This document shows positions 39,945 through 52,408 of a stretch of DNA of 64,000 nucleotides, piece after piece. The stretch spans positions 134,168,001-134,232,000 of the forward strand of contig OX597816.1 in NCBI GenBank assembly GCA_951406725.2, in the 5' to 3' direction. A program made the position numbers and the translations under genes. The notes beneath the pieces are model-generated. The model worked only from the letters and a program-made list of their open reading frames with translations. It made no database searches and was not told where the DNA came from. The DNA is from Octopus vulgaris (taxonomy: Eukaryota). Each line of letters opens with the position of its first letter. The first letter of the stretch is position 1.

Positions 39945-40370
39945 AAGGTGCAGGCGTGGCTATGTGACAAGAAGTTTGTTTCCCAACATGGTTTCACTGC
40001 ACCTTCTACAAGTGTCTCCTACTAAACCCAAGGCCAACCAAAGCCTTGTGAGTGGATTTAGCAAGTAGAAACTAAAAGAAGCCCTATGTGTATATGTATG
40101 CTACTGTGTGCTTGACATTGAGTGATTGTTGTAAGCAAGCGATGCCATCATGCAAGTGGTGTACTCCATTCCCAATCTTCTGAGATACGTCTGGTCATGG
40201 GGAAATATTATCTTTCTTGGAAACAGGTGAGGGTTGGTAACAGAAAGGGCATCCAGTCATATAAAATCCACATCAACAATTTCCATCCAACCCATGCTAT
40301 CATAGAAAAGTGGATGATAAAGATTAATGATGATGATGATAATGGTGATGATGATGATGATGATGATGTA
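39945..40370 (+). mobile_element. Composite SINE: family A head with RTE-type tail
   Basis: GGTGCAGGCGTGGCTATGTG..AAAGCCTTGTGAGTGGATTT..GGAAACAGGTGAGGGTTGG..AAGGGCATCCAG..(GAT)n. Confidence 0.85.
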
Positions 40371-40940
40371 TAGGTGATGATGAATATAGACAACTTGAAG
40401 CAAAAATAAAAATACAGCACGAAAAACCTAAACAAGGAAATGCCAAGCATATGTACCCAGTCAAGCAGTACACTAAACATATATCAAGTAATTAACAGTA
40501 TAAATAACTCTAATAATGTCCCTATTACATATCACACATCACAGTGACATGTCAAATAACATACCAACACTTCAACAGCAATGCAAATGACTTTGTCAAA
40601 TATATATATTTTAAAATTAGCCAGTGTGACTAAGAAGTTTGCTTTGCAGTTATGTAGTGTTTCAGGTTCAGTCTCGCTACATGTCATCTTGGACAAGTGT
40701 CTTTATCAATAGCCACAGGCTGAGCAATGTCTTGTGACTGAATTTGGTTGATGGAAACTGTGTGAAAGCCTGTTGTGTGTGTGTATATTTCATTCCATAA
40801 TGGTTACCTCTGAAGAGTACAGGGTTACATAATTGGACTGTTACCTAACACTCCATTGAACCCCTAGCACAAAACCAATTGGTAAGATTGGCCATAATGG
40901 ATATATGATACTGTACACTTCAATTAATATATATATATGA

Positions 40941-41322
40941 TGTGGCACTCCGTTGGTTGTGACAACGAGGGTTCCAGTTGATCTGATCAACAGAATAGCT
41001 TTCTTGTGAAATTAATGTGCAAGTGGCTGAGCACTCCACAGACACATGTACCCTTAACATAGTTCTCGGGGAGATTCAGCATGCTCAGAGTGTGGAAAGG
41101 CTGACCCTTTGAAATACAGGTACAACAGAAACAGAAAGAAAGAGTGAGAGAAAGTTGTGGTGAAAAAGTACACCATGGTTCACCACCACCCCCTGCCAGA
41201 GCCTTGTGAAACTTTAGGTGTTTTCACTCAATAAACATTCACAACACCTGATATGGGAATCAAAACCATGATCCTATGATTGTGAGTCTGCTGCCCTAAC
41301 CACTGCACCATTGTGCCTCCAC
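40941..41322 (-). mobile_element. tRNA-derived SINE, family E
   Basis: Minus strand begins GTGGAGGCACAATGGTGCAGTGGTTAGGG..GGTTTTGATTCCC. Its 3' part matches 51080-51258 (+). Confidence 0.85.
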
Positions 41323-41527
41323 AATGTATATATATATATTTATATATATATTTACAAATATTTAGCAGAAACAACAAAATGACTCAAAGGTTTCATGCAT
41401 TAGCACTTATCAAATGCACAAAACTCTTGGCCCTTGACTCACTCTGTTGTTTCTGCGAAATGTTAATAAAAAAATATACATATACTCATATTTTGAGTTC
41501 TACTTTTCCTGTTTGCATCACCAAACC

Positions 41528-41579
<52 letters not shown>

Positions 41580-41968
41580 TGTCTGCACACATGTGTTTGC
41601 ATATCTTCATAGCTACCCAACCACTTGGCAATCAGTGATGGTTTGTTTACATTCCCCATAACTTAGCAGTCTAATAAAAGAGACAGATAAAATAAATAAC
41701 AGACTTAAAAAAAAAAATGAACACTGGAGTCAATTTGTTTGATTAAAAGCTTTCAAAGTGTTGCTCTGACATGGCTGTAGTCCAACGACTGAAACAAGTA
41801 AAAGATAAAAAGAATAACGATAGAAAAACAAGAAATGTAAACTGCGACATTCACAACTTTCACCTTATGCCATGACCTTGACCACTTTCTACCATGAAGC
41901 ACCAGAAAAGCAATAAGGAAACCTAAAACCTCAAATGCATCAAGACTTGATAAAAACCATATACATAT

Positions 41969-42432
41969 AGGTGCAGGTATGGCAAGAAGTTTGCTTCCTA
42001 ACCACATGGTACCAGGTTCAGTCCCACAGCATGGTACCTTAGGCAAGTGTCTTCTACTATAGCCTTGGGTTGACCAAAGCCCTGTGAGTGGACTTGGTAG
42101 ACAGAAACTGAAAGAAGCCCACTGTGTGTGTGTGTGTATGTGCGTGAGTGAGAGAGAGAGTGTGTGTGTGTGTGTTTGTGTGGGGGGGTGCACACACGCG
42201 TGCGCCTTTGTGTTTGGATTTGTCCACTCCCATCACAACCACTGGACAACCAGTGATGGTGTTTTTACATTCCCATAACATATCGGTTTGGCAAAAGAGC
42301 AAAAGAGACCAATAGAATTAGTACCAGGCTTAGAAAGATAAATACTAGGGTTGATTTGTTTAACTAAAATTCTTCAAGGCAGTTCCCCAGCATGGCTGTA
42401 GTCCAATGACTGGAACAAGTAAAAAGAAAAAG
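41969..42432 (+). mobile_element. SINE family A (a 3'-half copy also lies at ~41590-41815)
   Basis: CCTTAGGCAAGTGTCTTCTACTATAGCC..GAAACTGAAAGAAGCCC..ACAAGTAAAAAGA. Confidence 0.9.
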
Positions 42433-43149
42433 ATATAACTATAATATTTAGGGTTTTAAGGGATCACATCACTCACCACCAACTACAAATATTCTTGCTA
42501 CTACTGCCAAATCTCCAGAATCTGGATATTGGACAAAACCATCATAATTTAAAGCCCAACAAAAATCTCAAGTGAAGTAATATTGCCCAGTCTTATTGCT
42601 AACTTATGCATACTAAACAGAAAGAAACAATATTGGTGTACAAACTATATATTAGCTGTATCATGAACCTAGTCATGTTTGGGCACATAATGTCTTCAGA
42701 CCAAATTGTAACAGACTATAAAAGCAACAAAACTGATCCTTCATATAACAAACCCAGATGTTGTTCTCTTCATCACAACACAGATTTAAACTGCTACACC
42801 CAGCCATTACACCACTCATAAACGTTGCACACACACACACACACACACACTCATGCACACAAGGGGTCCAACAACAAAAGACCTCCTACACAAGCCATCC
42901 TGACTACCATCAACAGCAGCACTTCTTCTGACACTATCCCCCAACTTATAAAATACTCAACACCTCCACATGAATTACCACAAAATACTGGTTAGTAAAC
43001 TACGTTGCCAACTGGCAAGAACATGTAATTATGGAACAACAATATATCAAATATTTGCAATATGTCAGATGGAATACCACAAGAATCTGTCTTCTCATCC
43101 ACTCAGTTTATCTGATACCCACATTATCTTGCACATTATCAAACCATGT

Positions 43150-43590
43150 ACACAGATACAAATGCAAATGATATTTCCATCAAAACTTACTATCACACAG
43201 CAGGCACAAATGCAGATGATATCTCTATCACATCTTGCTGTCACACAGCAGATACAAATGCAGATGATATCTCTATCACAGCTTGCTATCACACAGCAAG
43301 CACAGCTGCAGATATCACCACCACAACTTGCTATCACACAACAGGCACAAAAGCAGATGATATCTCCATCACAACTTGCTATCACACAGCAAGCACAGCT
43401 GCAGATATCACCACCACAACTTGCTATCACACAACAGGCACAAAAGCAGATGATATCTCCATCACAACTTGCTCTCACACAGTAGGCACAACTGTAAATT
43501 ATATCCCCATCACAACTTGTTATCACACAGCAGGCACAAATGCAGACATCGCCATCACAACTTCCAATCATACCACAGGCACAGCTGCAC
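43150..43590. repeat. 48/45-bp minisatellite, about 9 units
   Basis: Unit CTTGCTATCACACAGCAGGCACAAATGCAGATGATATCTCCATCACAA (48 bp) alternates with a 45-bp variant. Open in two + frames and one - frame in the ORF track. Confidence 0.93.
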
Positions 43591-43881
43591 AACCAGTCCA
43601 ACTTAATGTAAACCACATCTAGAATCATGACTACAAAATAACAGATGCCAAAGCCACTGTAGAACATAAAACACTAATAATTACAATCAACTGTTACAAT
43701 CAGCAATATAAACATACCTATACACAAAAGATAAATATGCTAGGAATTACACACAATACCCCTATGACATTCACATATCGTATAGCAAACATATTAAAGA
43801 AAGCAAAGCAAAATGCAAACATACTTAGAGCACACTCAGAAACTACATTTGGCATGCGTGCATGCGCACACACACACACAC

Positions 43882-43897
43882 AATAATAATAATGATG

Positions 43898-43944
<47 letters not shown>
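43882..43944. repeat. (AAT)n microsatellite
   Basis: Read directly. Confidence 0.97.
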
Positions 43945-43946
<2 letters not shown>

Positions 43947-44207
43947 ATCCCATACAACTTAGATTATGCCAGTCCTGTCTAGGTTTCCAATCTCTCTACA
44001 GCAAATCATAACAAGCTGCAAAGAGCACAAAACTGCACACAGTGTATCATCACAGTTTGCACACAGTCCATATGCACAACAAAACAAAAATACTGAAAAT
44101 GAAAGACAAACCTGGACAAACAAGAGGAATAGTTTACTATTGCAACAAGCTCTAAATTTCACAGTTATCAGACACCACCTTAACAAAACAAACACATACA
44201 TCTATGA

Positions 44208-44524
44208 CAGTGTTTTCCAACCTATTTTCCATGAGGTCCCACTATAATTTTCCAGAAAAAAAGGTATGTCCCACTGGTGAAATATCCTTAAAGAAATATC
44301 CACACTAGGGCATTGGAACAGTGTTATACTGCAACAAACAGTTTTCACATTGTATGCTTGGCTGGATCAATTGGTTTAACTAGGCTGAGTATAGGTGTTG
44401 TACGTTTGTTGTGGAAAAAAAGATTTTCACAATTCCATGTCCCACTAATAAAAATAAAAGAAAAAACATTTTGGCTTTCACATTCCACCACAATTTTCCC
44501 AGGCCCCTACGTTGGGAATCACTG
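44208..44524. mobile_element. hAT (Charlie-type) MITE
   Basis: TIRs CAGTGTTTTCCAAC / GTTGGGAATCACTG; 8-bp TSD ATCTATGA/ATCTATAA (7 of 8 match). Confidence 0.85.
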
Positions 44525-47500
44525 ATCTATAACATTCTTTACTTCCATTTTCTCCAGACAAACATAAAAATTACACCATTAAAAGATCAGATTAAATCCA
44601 AACACTGTGCTGGAATGCACAGTAGCAATGGTAAATGCATTTGGACCAAGTTCATATTTCATTTCCATCATTACCATAATAAAACCTATAACTCAATGAG
44701 AGAGAGAGAGGGAGAGAGACTAAGCTAATGAGGGAGCCTTTATGTGGTTACCTCACAAGAAATAGTAACTCTATGTCAGATTATACCCTATTGCTTTGAA
44801 TAAGAAAGAACACATTGCACAATATGTCCTAATTTTGTTTAATGCAGACTTAACTGGGAATACATAACTATCAACTATCATTAGTCAGTCTGAGCTTATA
44901 ATAATGATTTCTAACTTTGTCACAAGGTCATCAATTTTAATGGTATTTCCTCCTCCTCCTCTTCTTCCTTTAATGTCCAATTTCCATTTGGCCTCAGCAG
45001 AATTTGAACATTGAATTGAGTGGCTCATAACTAAATATTGCAAGGTTCAGGAAGAGATGCTACAAAGTTCATAAGTCAACCATGAATGATTTTTTTTTTT
45101 GACAAAGTTCAAAGATAAAATTTGTTGGTAAAGATCTTTGGCCTATTGAATATATTCAGTATATAACTGGTACAAATTTAATTGACTCTTGAGGGATGAA
45201 AAGTAAAATCAACTTTGACTGGACCTGCACTTAAATGAAAAAGATTGAAAGGCAGTTAACATTTCTATATTTCTATGAACTCACCAATCCCACAAACTTA
45301 CATATACTGTATACTCTGCTTTGTCCCCGCACCTTTGGAATGGTATAAGGAGGTGATTTAGCTATAAAATCTTTGCCAAATCCAATATAAAATGCAACAA
45401 ATTTCTTAATTAAATCAAACCAAATAAAATTTGTTATCCCCCCAACAAAAAGTATAAAGACTGTATATGTGCATACAAATTTGTGTAAACACAAAACACA
45501 CACTAAAAAGAGAATCTTAAAAGAATAGAGAAATTAAGCAGAATTCAAAGACTATGAAAGACTTGAGAGGAAGACTGATGGTAAGCTGTTACCAAGGAGT
45601 TCAGAATTATAATTACAAAATAAATCTTAATTTCTTTCTCTTATCGATTGCTCTTCTATATCTCTTTTATACTCCCTCCCTCCATATATATATATATATA
45701 TAATATACAATGATACATATATATAATTACAAATACATATATACTTTTTTTTAGTATGTCTGTGTGGTTAAAAGTTTATTGTTAGTTTGTTAGTATTTAT
45801 TATTGAATTTTCTAAGCTTTCTTGCTATTGCTCAAAATTAATATCTACAAAAAGCCAATAAGAGATTATTATTTTATAGTATTTCATGTTAAAATCCATA
45901 TACAAAAATCACTATTTGAGTCATATATTCTATATTGCCATATACAGACATCCACCGCATTATGCAAGAGTTGTTTTCCTGAAATCTTGCTGCAACATAG
46001 ACTTCAGTAATACAAAATTTCCCATTGACTTTGTAATAAGGAAGTCAATGAGAAAATAAGTTTTGCATTATGGAATTCCACATGATGGTAAAATTTTCAA
46101 CAACATAATGTTTCCATAATGCATGGAATGCTTGTGAAATGTAATTGTATAAAAATAAAATCATGAATACAAAAGCAAATATTAAATGGATAATGATACA
46201 TAGTTTTACTTTTAAAAGATAACTGAAACTATGAACATTTAGCAAATTATCAATGTAAAATCAGGATATTGGTTAAGTAGCCCAATGATATTCTCTTATT
46301 CTTTTGTACATTTCAGCCCTAAGGGTGTGGCCATGCTGGAGCACCACCAGTGGTATATAAGATGATGCTGGAATTATGCTTGTTTGGGATCAATTTTGCT
46401 TTAGTTGTTTTTCAAGCAATAAAACAGTTAATGTAATTACTACCAAAAATAATTGATGAGTAATACAAAATCATAATCAAAACAATTCTAACCAATGCTG
46501 GTTGTATATATTTAGAGCTTACAAGTAAGAGAGTGGGGAAACCTGTTCCATTATGAAACATCAATCTTGATAGAAACTAATAATTAATAATAAAGAAAAA
46601 ATTTATACATACATACATACATACATACAAACATATATACAAATATATATATATATACATATACACACACACATACACATATATATATATATTAAGATAA
46701 ATATAAGAATTAAAAAAATATTTACAAATATTTTAGTGTTCCATCACAAATATAATTTTCATGATAAGCACTTTTAATCTATTTACTTAAACAGCACTGT
46801 TTCACACAAACAGATTATATATAATGCAGTAAATTGTTTTTAAAATACATCTAATTATATAGTACAATTTATTAATTTAAATGAAATCATAACAAAAGAA
46901 AGTTTAATAATCTAGAATTAAAAGTGATAAAGGCATTGAATTATTGAAAAGTAGAAATGTTACCAATATCTTTATAAGCATATTCTGACAGACGCATTGC
47001 TAACTAAGTAATTTGTGTGAACAGAAGAAAACTCTTAAGACTAGGCTCATCTTATTTCAATACCCTAGAATTATCAGAGCCCATGACTAAAATAGTAAGA
47101 GAATAAGAATCAAAATACTTATAGCAGTAATTTACTTTTCTTAGTACAATTACAAGTCATACCCATTACAACCAAAATAGTAGGTGCAAGATTAATTCTG
47201 TCAGTACACATACGGATATAACATTAAACAGTCAAAACTTTAATCAGTTTTAATTAGATCCCAAGGGGGTTTTAAAAAAGTAAATATCTAAATTAATTGC
47301 ATAAAACAACACAATCTCTGTAGGTGTATGAAAAAAGTATGTATAAAGAATATATTCAGGATATGCTAGTGATACTTTTCAACAGTATTACTATCTACAT
47401 CACATTTTCTGCATATTTACAATCTTAGTATACTATCATTTAAATGAATAGAATTTTTTAAAAAATAATGTTGGCATTTTCTTGAAATTATTATATTCAG

Positions 47501-48223
47501 TATACCATTGTGAAAAATACAGAAAACTTTTGAAATTTTGTAAAAACCAGTTGCATTGATTTTAAGAGCATTTTAAGAGAATCTTGGAGAAATTTCAAGA
47601 AGATTCAGAAACAACTGCTACAGCAAAAAAATTATAGGATTATCTTCTGTGTTACTATCATAATAAAGGACATTGATAATAAAATATGTAAGCAATATCT
47701 AACATAGATTTTATTGGGGTTTTTTTATACAATTTATCCTAATTTAAGATAGTCATCTAGAACTGAAAATAGAAAATGTAATGCATAATTAAATAACATT
47801 TAAATATGTGAGAATGAAACATTTTTGTATATATTAAAGCTGTGCTCATATTTTCCATTTTAAATATTAAATATAAATAAAATGTTAGATCCTACATTCC
47901 TTAAACTACCTTAACCACATTCTCTTTAAATGTCTTTAATTACCAAATGAACATCAGTTATCATTTTTTAAAAATTTATAATGGTTTACATTGAAATTAA
48001 TAACATGTCAAGGAAAAAATCACAAAGAATATCCCAGAATGAAATTTCTTTAGATTTCTTCAAATATCTATTTTGTTTTTTGTTATGGCATGCATTTCTT
48101 TAAATTGAACAAACAGATAAAAAACATACATAAAATATAATTACTTTCTTTCATTGGCGCATCAGACTTTTGTGAGCCGATCTTTTACTAAAATGACGTA
48201 ATGTTGTTATTTATCAAACTTAC

Positions 48224-48424
48224 CTCCAGAACATCCCGTAAGCATTAAAGCAACGAAGCAATAATTGCTTATATCATTTGTGGAGCAATAGCATTGTAAT
48301 CCGAACCATCTGGGTTCAGTCATCGTTGACACCAACACAGTATTCAAAGTCACGACTGAAGATCGTAACCACTGAACAGGTGCCCGAACACAACTCTTGG
48401 AATTGCATAATTTGTTATTACAAG
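48224..48424 (-). other. Candidate 201-nt exon (phase 1-1) of an unidentified minus-strand transcript
   Basis: Poly-T tract then CAAG| acceptor and a strong GAG|GTAAGT donor. A single open frame (CNNKLC..TEPRWFGLQCYCSTNDISNYCFVALMLTGCSG) in a local CpG-retaining patch within CpG-poor DNA. No homolog confidently recognised. Confidence 0.35.
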
Positions 48425-48904
48425 CTTGAAAAAAAAAAATCATAAGGGACGTAACTCTAGCTAACTACTTAATATTGTGGTCAGTTGATATGCTGCTAAT
48501 TGAAACAATTTTTTCCATGTAGTCTTCCTATAGCAACTAATTCACCCGAATCTTTTTTTTTTCTTTTTAATATTTTTCTGTTCTTCATCAACGTGCATTA
48601 TAAAATAACCTGATTATGTTTTCAATTCAAAGCTATGTTCTAAAGTTTGGAATGTAACAAAATCAATACACAAATGATATGTTAAAAATGGATATAATTA
48701 GACACCTCAACCTGTTAGAAGTTTTTTCTCTAAGTCTATTGTGTCTTAATCAATTAAAAGCATTTTTTCATTTATCAATCCCAAAGAATAAATGCATCAT
48801 CAAAAAAGCAGCAACATCATATATTTACAGGCAAACTCAAATGATTTTACTGAATGTTATAAATTAGCATTCTAAGGTTTATGACATAATCAATCATTGG
48901 TAAT

Positions 48905-49065
48905 AGAAGCAGGCATGGCTGTGTGGTTTAGAAGTTCCAAAGCTATGCTTTCAGATTCAGTCCTGCTGTATGACACCTTGAGTAAGTTTTCTTCTACTTA
49001 TAACCCCAAACCGAGCAAAGCCTTGAGAGTGGATTTGGTAGAAAGAAACTGAAAAGAAGATTATA

Positions 49066-49102
<37 letters not shown>

Positions 49103-49330
49103 TTCTGTCTCCTTGCCTTGACATTGTGTACAAATTGTCAGTAAATATCACTGTCATACAAGCAGTATTATTTGTTTGCAATCTCTTTTGAAAACATGTC
49201 TAGACTAGGGGAAAATATTACCTCACTTTGAAACAGATGAGGATTGGCAACAGGAAGAGTATCTGGCCATAGAAAATCTGCCTCAGTGAATTCTACCTGA
49301 TTCATTCAAGCTTGAAAAAGTAAGTGAAAA
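48905..49330 (+). mobile_element. Composite SINE: family A head with RTE-type tail
   Basis: GCAGGCATGGCTGTGTGG..AAAGCCTTGAGAGTGGATTTGGTAG..CAGGAAGAGTATCTGGCCATAGAAAATCTGCCTCA. Confidence 0.8.
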
Positions 49331-49768
49331 AGTAATGGTGGTGGTGGTGGCGGTGGTGGAGGCGGTGGAGGCAGCAGCTGTGGCATGGCGGTGGCAGCGG
49401 TGACGGTGATGGTGACAGTGACGATGACAATGATGATGATGATGATGATGATAATGGTGATGATGATGATGGTGATGATGATGATGATGATGACGACGAC
49501 GATGAGGAAGAGGAGGATTATGATGATGAGTGAATTCTACCTGATTCATTCAAGCTTGAAAAAGTAAGTGAAAAAGTAATGGTGGTGGTGGTGGCGGCGG
49601 TGGAGGCAGCAGCTGTGGCATGGCGGTGGCAGCGGTGACGGTGATGGTGACAGTGACGATGACAATGATGATGATGATGATGATGATAATGGTGATGATG
49701 ATGATGGTGATGATGATGATGATGATGACGACGACGACGAGGAAGAGGAGGATTATGATGATGAGTGA
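49285..49768 (+). repeat. Near-perfect ~240-bp tandem duplication of a SINE tail plus (GGT/GAT/GAC)n triplets
   Basis: AGTGAATTCTACCTGATTCATTCAAGCTTGAAAAAGTAAGTG starts at both ~49285 and ~49529; the units differ only in triplet counts. Confidence 0.93.
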
Positions 49769-50084
49769 TTCTCAACCTCTTGTAGCTCAGTTTCCTCTTT
49801 ACTGAATGGCATTTTGCAAATGCTTCTGTCCCATATTTTGCAAAAATATAACAAAAAAAAAACAACAAAAACGGCAGATTATTTTAATTAGATAGAAACT
49901 AATTCTGTGCAGCGATTTATTATCCATATTTTCTAACTCTATCCTATCCAACATGTCCCTCTTTTTTGATATCTGCATAGACTATTATAAATGTTTGTGG
50001 AATTACTAAAGAAAGCAGAGATTTACATAGTGGAATTATATTGTCCCTTGGCACATTGATCAAGCAGAGGAGCACTCATTGGTT

Positions 50085-50907
50085 AAACTAGGATTACTGA
50101 GATTACTGACCTCGATTTTGCTAATGAAGCAGTTATTCTAGTTGAATCTTTGAATGTCTTAAAGAGTGTTCCCATTTCACTAAACAAAGTGGAACCACTT
50201 GACATTAGAGTTTCTTCAGTCAAGACAAAGATCCAATCTATTGCCTGTTCCCTAGCGAACTCTATCTTGTCTGTTTCTGTTGCAGGTGGGAATGTCAAGG
50301 CTGCTGATCACTTCACTTATCTTGGCAGTGTGGCTCATAGTAACATTAGCTGTGAGTCAAAAGTCGTAAGAAGACTTGTGTGTGCAGGGGTGGTTGGTAC
50401 TCTTGTTGTCTGAGCAGGAGGACAAAGGTTCAGGTCTTCAGGTTTCTCTGGTCTTCCCTGTTTTGCTCTATAATTGTAAGATTTGGGGTCCCTTCAGAGC
50501 TGCTGGAACTCCTTTGGTATCAAGACACTTCACAGGATTATGGGCTATCACTGGTTAGATTTTGTATCCAACGAACGACTGTACTCAGAAACTGGGATGT
50601 ACCCTCTTACTTGTGTAATTTGGAGTGTCATCTCAGATTTTTTTATCATTATACTTGATTTTCTGAATTGGATTCTGTGTACTTTGTTCTCTTCTCTGAG
50701 AATCCAGCCAGAGTGACAGCTCATGTTGGTCAACCACATGCCACATAGTCATGGTGGATGAGGAAATATCTTGCAGATATGAGGACTGACTAGAACACTG
50801 CTGGGTGTGTTGTCGGGGACAACACAAATAAATATTTACAGACGGTAAATGCAGTGATGCACTACAATGGCACATGCTTCCACACCTGACCTGACCTGAC
50901 CTGACCA
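50085..50907 (+). mobile_element. RTE-clade LINE, 5'-truncated 3' portion with (CCTGA)n tail
   Basis: DLDFANEAVILVES (DLDFADD), IRVSSVKTKIQ, HFTYLGS, LSRRTKVQVFR.LVFPVLLY..KIW and LHRIMGYHWLDFVSNERLY. Ends CACCTGACCTGACCTGACCTGACC. Confidence 0.88.
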
Positions 50908-50944
50908 TGGCACATCATCAGTCGTCTTCCAGCTTACTGTAAAG

Positions 50945-51258
50945 ATATATGGCTTAGTGGTTGGGGCATTCAGTTCATATTCATAAGGTTATAGGTACAA
51001 TTCTCAATAGTGTATTTTGCTCTTGAGCAAGACACTTTATTTTACATTGTGCCAGTTCACCTAGCCTGCAAAAATGAGTTGCACCTGTATTTTCAAAGGG
51101 CTAACCTTGTCACATTGTGTGCCATGCTGAATCTCCCTGAGAACTACATTAAAGATATGCGTGTCTGGGGAGTGCTCAACTACTAGCACATTAATTTCAC
51201 AAGCAGGCTGTTCCATTGATTGGATCAAGTGGAACCTTTGTCATTTTAACCAACAGTG
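50945..51258 (+). mobile_element. SINE family E
   Basis: ATGGCTTAGTGGTTGGGG head, CTTGAGCAAGACACTT, and a 3' part shared with 40941-41120. Confidence 0.8.
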
Positions 51259-51584
51259 TTAGTTTTTTTACAGCTCACTAATAATACTGTATCCTACTGC
51301 TACTCTAATACCAACAAGATTTCTTTTTTACCTGTTAAAAATAATTTATTCCTAAGGAAAATCATGGCCTTTCTAAACACCCAGTAACTCCCAGGCATCC
51401 CACCACCACCACCACCACCCCATGATCTCACAATGTCCCTCTCAGGGTGTGCTACCATCTATATTAAGAACCAGAAGTCTACAGGAACAAAGAAGCAAAT
51501 CTGGCAAATAATACGGCTGGTTACTGAATATTTTAAGTCATTATAAATGATGGTGAAAATACAAGTATATTCAAAAGGATAGCG

Positions 51585-51799
51585 TTTAAACCAAGCCATA
51601 TCAGGCCCATATATTCTACCCATTTTATGTTCAAACCCACCAGATCTGGATTCCCACATCTATCCCACAATGTCATTCTAAAAATAAGCAATCACATCAA
51701 TGAAATCTTGAAACCACAAGATAATGTGTGATTAATTCAAAGCAATGTAAATAAATAATCATTACATTTGACAGAATAATTATAATGCTAAAAGGTTAG
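51585..51799 (-). mobile_element. Family D MITE
   Basis: Matches 29822-30042; ends ATGCTAAAAGGTTA. Confidence 0.8.
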
Positions 51800-52084
51800 G
51801 ATTTAACTTAAGCAATATAAAATTATTACACACACACAAAAAAGGTAAAAATTGCAAATGCTTTAGGTTTTGTAAAATATTTTAAGACAGGCCAAATACA
51901 GTACTCAGAGACAAATAGTACCCATGAAATCGTTATTTTCTGAAAAAAAAAAAAAAAAGAGGAAATAATGCAAAGTCTAAATAAATTATTTATTTAACGT
52001 TAGAATGGCAAGAGCAGCAGGCTTTAAAGAACATTTATTGAAAATGATAATTCAGTAAGACATTTTCTAGAAGGTAATCTTATA

Positions 52085-52408
52085 TCTTTTAGTTTTTACT
52101 TGTTTTAGTTATTAGACTGCAGCCATGCTGGTTCACTGTCTTGAAGTATTTTTAATCAAATGAACTGACCTCAGCCCTTTTTTTAAAGCCTAGTACTTAT
52201 TCTATCAGTCTCTTTTGCTAAACTGCTAAGTTATGGGAATATAAACACACCAACAAACCAAACGGTGGTGAGAAACACACACACACACACACACATGATG
52301 GGTTTCTTTCAGTTTCTGTCTATCAAATCCACTCACAAGGCTTTGGTCAGCCCAAGGCTATAGTAGATGACACTTGCCCAAGGTGCCATGGAGTGGGGCT
52401 GAACCCAG
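52085..52408 (-). mobile_element. SINE family A
   Basis: TTTTACTTGTTT..GCAGCCATGCTGG..AAATCCACTCACAAGGCTTTGG..ACACTTGCCCAAGG. Confidence 0.88.

Larger units (their letters stand above)
38990..43140 (+). mobile_element. Highly decayed APE-endonuclease LINE (I/Nimb-like), fragmented by at least five SINEs
   Basis: GGGLITYIK (39212), IINIY.PPA (39345) and TIIG..FNSH..W (39432) are APE motifs. KQKETILVYK (ORF 42606) and LRCQLAR..ISNIC (42995-43065) resemble RT C-terminal and knuckle regions. Intervening DNA is A/C-rich on + strand. Confidence 0.55.

Noticed and set aside
43150-43590. CRISPR-like periodic array
   Set aside because: Units are contiguous similar repeats with no unique spacers, there are no cas genes, and the context is eukaryotic.
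46045-46245. Hydrophobic ORF as a membrane-protein exon
   Set aside because: Acceptor is plausible but there is no good in-phase donor; hydrophobicity is expected from T-rich DNA.
49283-49868. Poly-His and poly-Met ORFs
   Set aside because: Derived from the duplicated (GAT)n SINE tail.
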